64,000 nt of DNA, taken from assembly GCA_937890825.1 (NCBI GenBank), contig CALADS010000071.1:28262-92261 (forward strand), read 5' to 3'. Shown piece after piece: positions 62,880 through 64,000 of this stretch (position 1 is its first letter; each line of letters starts with the position of its first letter). The stretch is from an uncultured Bacteroides sp. Its GTDB lineage: Bacteria > Bacteroidota > Bacteroidia > Bacteroidales > Bacteroidaceae. The position numbers and the translations under genes are program-made. Under the pieces are notes generated by a model. It did no database searches. It was given only the letters and a program-made list of their open reading frames with translations, and was not told where the DNA came from.

Positions 62880-64000
62880 TCAAGTCCATAGGCGCTCTGC
62901 CCACCGGGCAGTTGCACGCTTCCATCCGGCGGCAGCATGTTTCTCCCGGAAAAGTTCCTCCCGAAACTCACGCAGAATCAACCAATCCGCCTGACGCACC
63001 CAATGCCGAAATTCAGCATGTTCTACAGGCTTTTCTGCAATGGAAAGCAGCTTGTCCAGATTAAAATTTTCAGAGATTATACCGGCTCCCGAAAGAGAAG
63101 CATCGTATGCATTGCACCGCTGCTCTATGTGCGTGGGAACCATCAGCACGGGTTTATCCAGAAACATAGCTTCGCACACCGACTCGAATCCTGCCGTAGT
63201 GGCATAAGCCTTTGCCCCAGCCATATACTGCACAAAAAGCTGGTCGTCTAACGCATGAAAAGAGAGGGTGTCGTCTACGCGCTCCTCTGCATTCGCCCCC
63301 CGCTTGTCCCAAAAGAAGTGTAACCCCACCTCGGGATGCTTGGCATGCCAATGCTGCACCTCCTCTGAGAAACCACTGTTGAGCAGATATCCATGCAAGT
63401 AGTTGCCACGCAGCGGACGCTGATTCAGCACCTCCTGACGAAGCAACGGGGGAACAACCACCAATCCTTTACCGGTTACTTCCGGCATCTTACGAAATGA
63501 CAAAGCCAATTTCCGGGTCGCTCCAACCGCAGTAAGGCGGGTAAAGAAACGTAGAGAAGCTAAAGGCAAAGCGCAACCCGTAGGAAAACGGAAATCCGGA
63601 TGCAGGAACAGATATTGATGTGCCACACAAACCATCGCGGCCTTAGGACGGAATAACGCATACGTAAGCCCCGTGAGCAGTTCATAGAAATTCACTACCA
63701 CATCAGCCTGGGTATCCCGAATCATCCGAGCTATAAAATGCATGCTGCGCATGTATTTAGGCAGACGAAGCAAGTTATAGGCAACGCTGCGGGTTAAATG
63801 CACCTGCTTGTTTTGAGCCGTTGGCAGAAAGTTGGGACTTTCGAACGTATGGATGGGCACCCCTATCTTACGTAAAAAGAAATAAGGCAGACATCGGGCC
63901 GGGCTCTTACCTACCAATGCCGCTACCACTTCATGTCCTTCGGCCCCCAACTTCTGCCGCAACGAGAGCGCTTGCGTTAAGTGCCCTCTTCCTTCTCCTT
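62880..64000 (-). CDS. GT-B glycosyltransferase (MJ1255/VC2487-like); 5' end beyond the window
   Basis: Frame is open to the window edge (GEGRGHLTQALSLR); VVNFYE, TTAGFESVCEAM..KPVLMVP..EQ. Confidence 0.85.
   Translation of the reverse strand, partial: GEGRGHLTQALSLRQKLGAEGHEVVAALVGKSPARCLPYFFLRKIGVPIHTFESPNFLPTAQNKQVHLTRSVAYNLLRLPKYMRSMHFIARMIRDTQADVVVNFYELLTGLTYALFRPKAAMVCVAHQYLFLHPDFRFPTGCALPLASLRFFTRLTAVGATRKLALSFRKMPEVTGKGLVVVPPLLRQEVLNQRPLRGNYLHGYLLNSGFSEEVQHWHAKHPEVGLHFFWDKRGANAEERVDDTLSFHALDDQLFVQYMAGAKAYATTAGFESVCEAMFLDKPVLMVPTHIEQRCNAYDASLSGAGIISENFNLDKLLSIAEKPVEHAEFRHWVRQADWLILREFREELFREKHAAAGWKRATARWAERLWT

Overview
Bacteroidaceae (Bacteroides/Phocaeicola-like) chromosomal window, identified from gene content, TAnnTTTG promoter boxes and lipoprotein signals. 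Mostly core genes: hut operon, corA, cdaA-folP, murF, asd, glyQS, parC, tRNA-Leu, recO, tRNA-Glu-rpsT, gyrB, gpmI, rnhB, sufBCDS, rimP-nusA-infB. There are two accessory blocks: a four-gene pectin/rhamnogalacturonan CAZyme cluster (7.1-15.6 kb) and an AraC-linked type V pilus operon (32.4-43.5 kb). The most interesting unannotated signals are these. (1) A candidate leader-peptide translational attenuator upstream of the Mg2+ transporter corA: a 13-codon uORF, two identical AGGCAAT segments competing for one anti-SD, and a strong SD that is unusual for this phylum. (2) Three separate deletion scars: uxuA fused back-to-back to an araC tail, an IS605-type left end plus tnpA tail fused to an ompA-like tail, and hppA collapsed to three fragments. 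(3) Two copies of a ~93-bp palindromic element with 21-bp periodicity. (4) A G9 tract and phased direct repeats at the AraC/pilus promoter junction. (5) A 43-aa membrane microprotein missed by the ORF track. All calls are by eye from the sequence; no searches were run.
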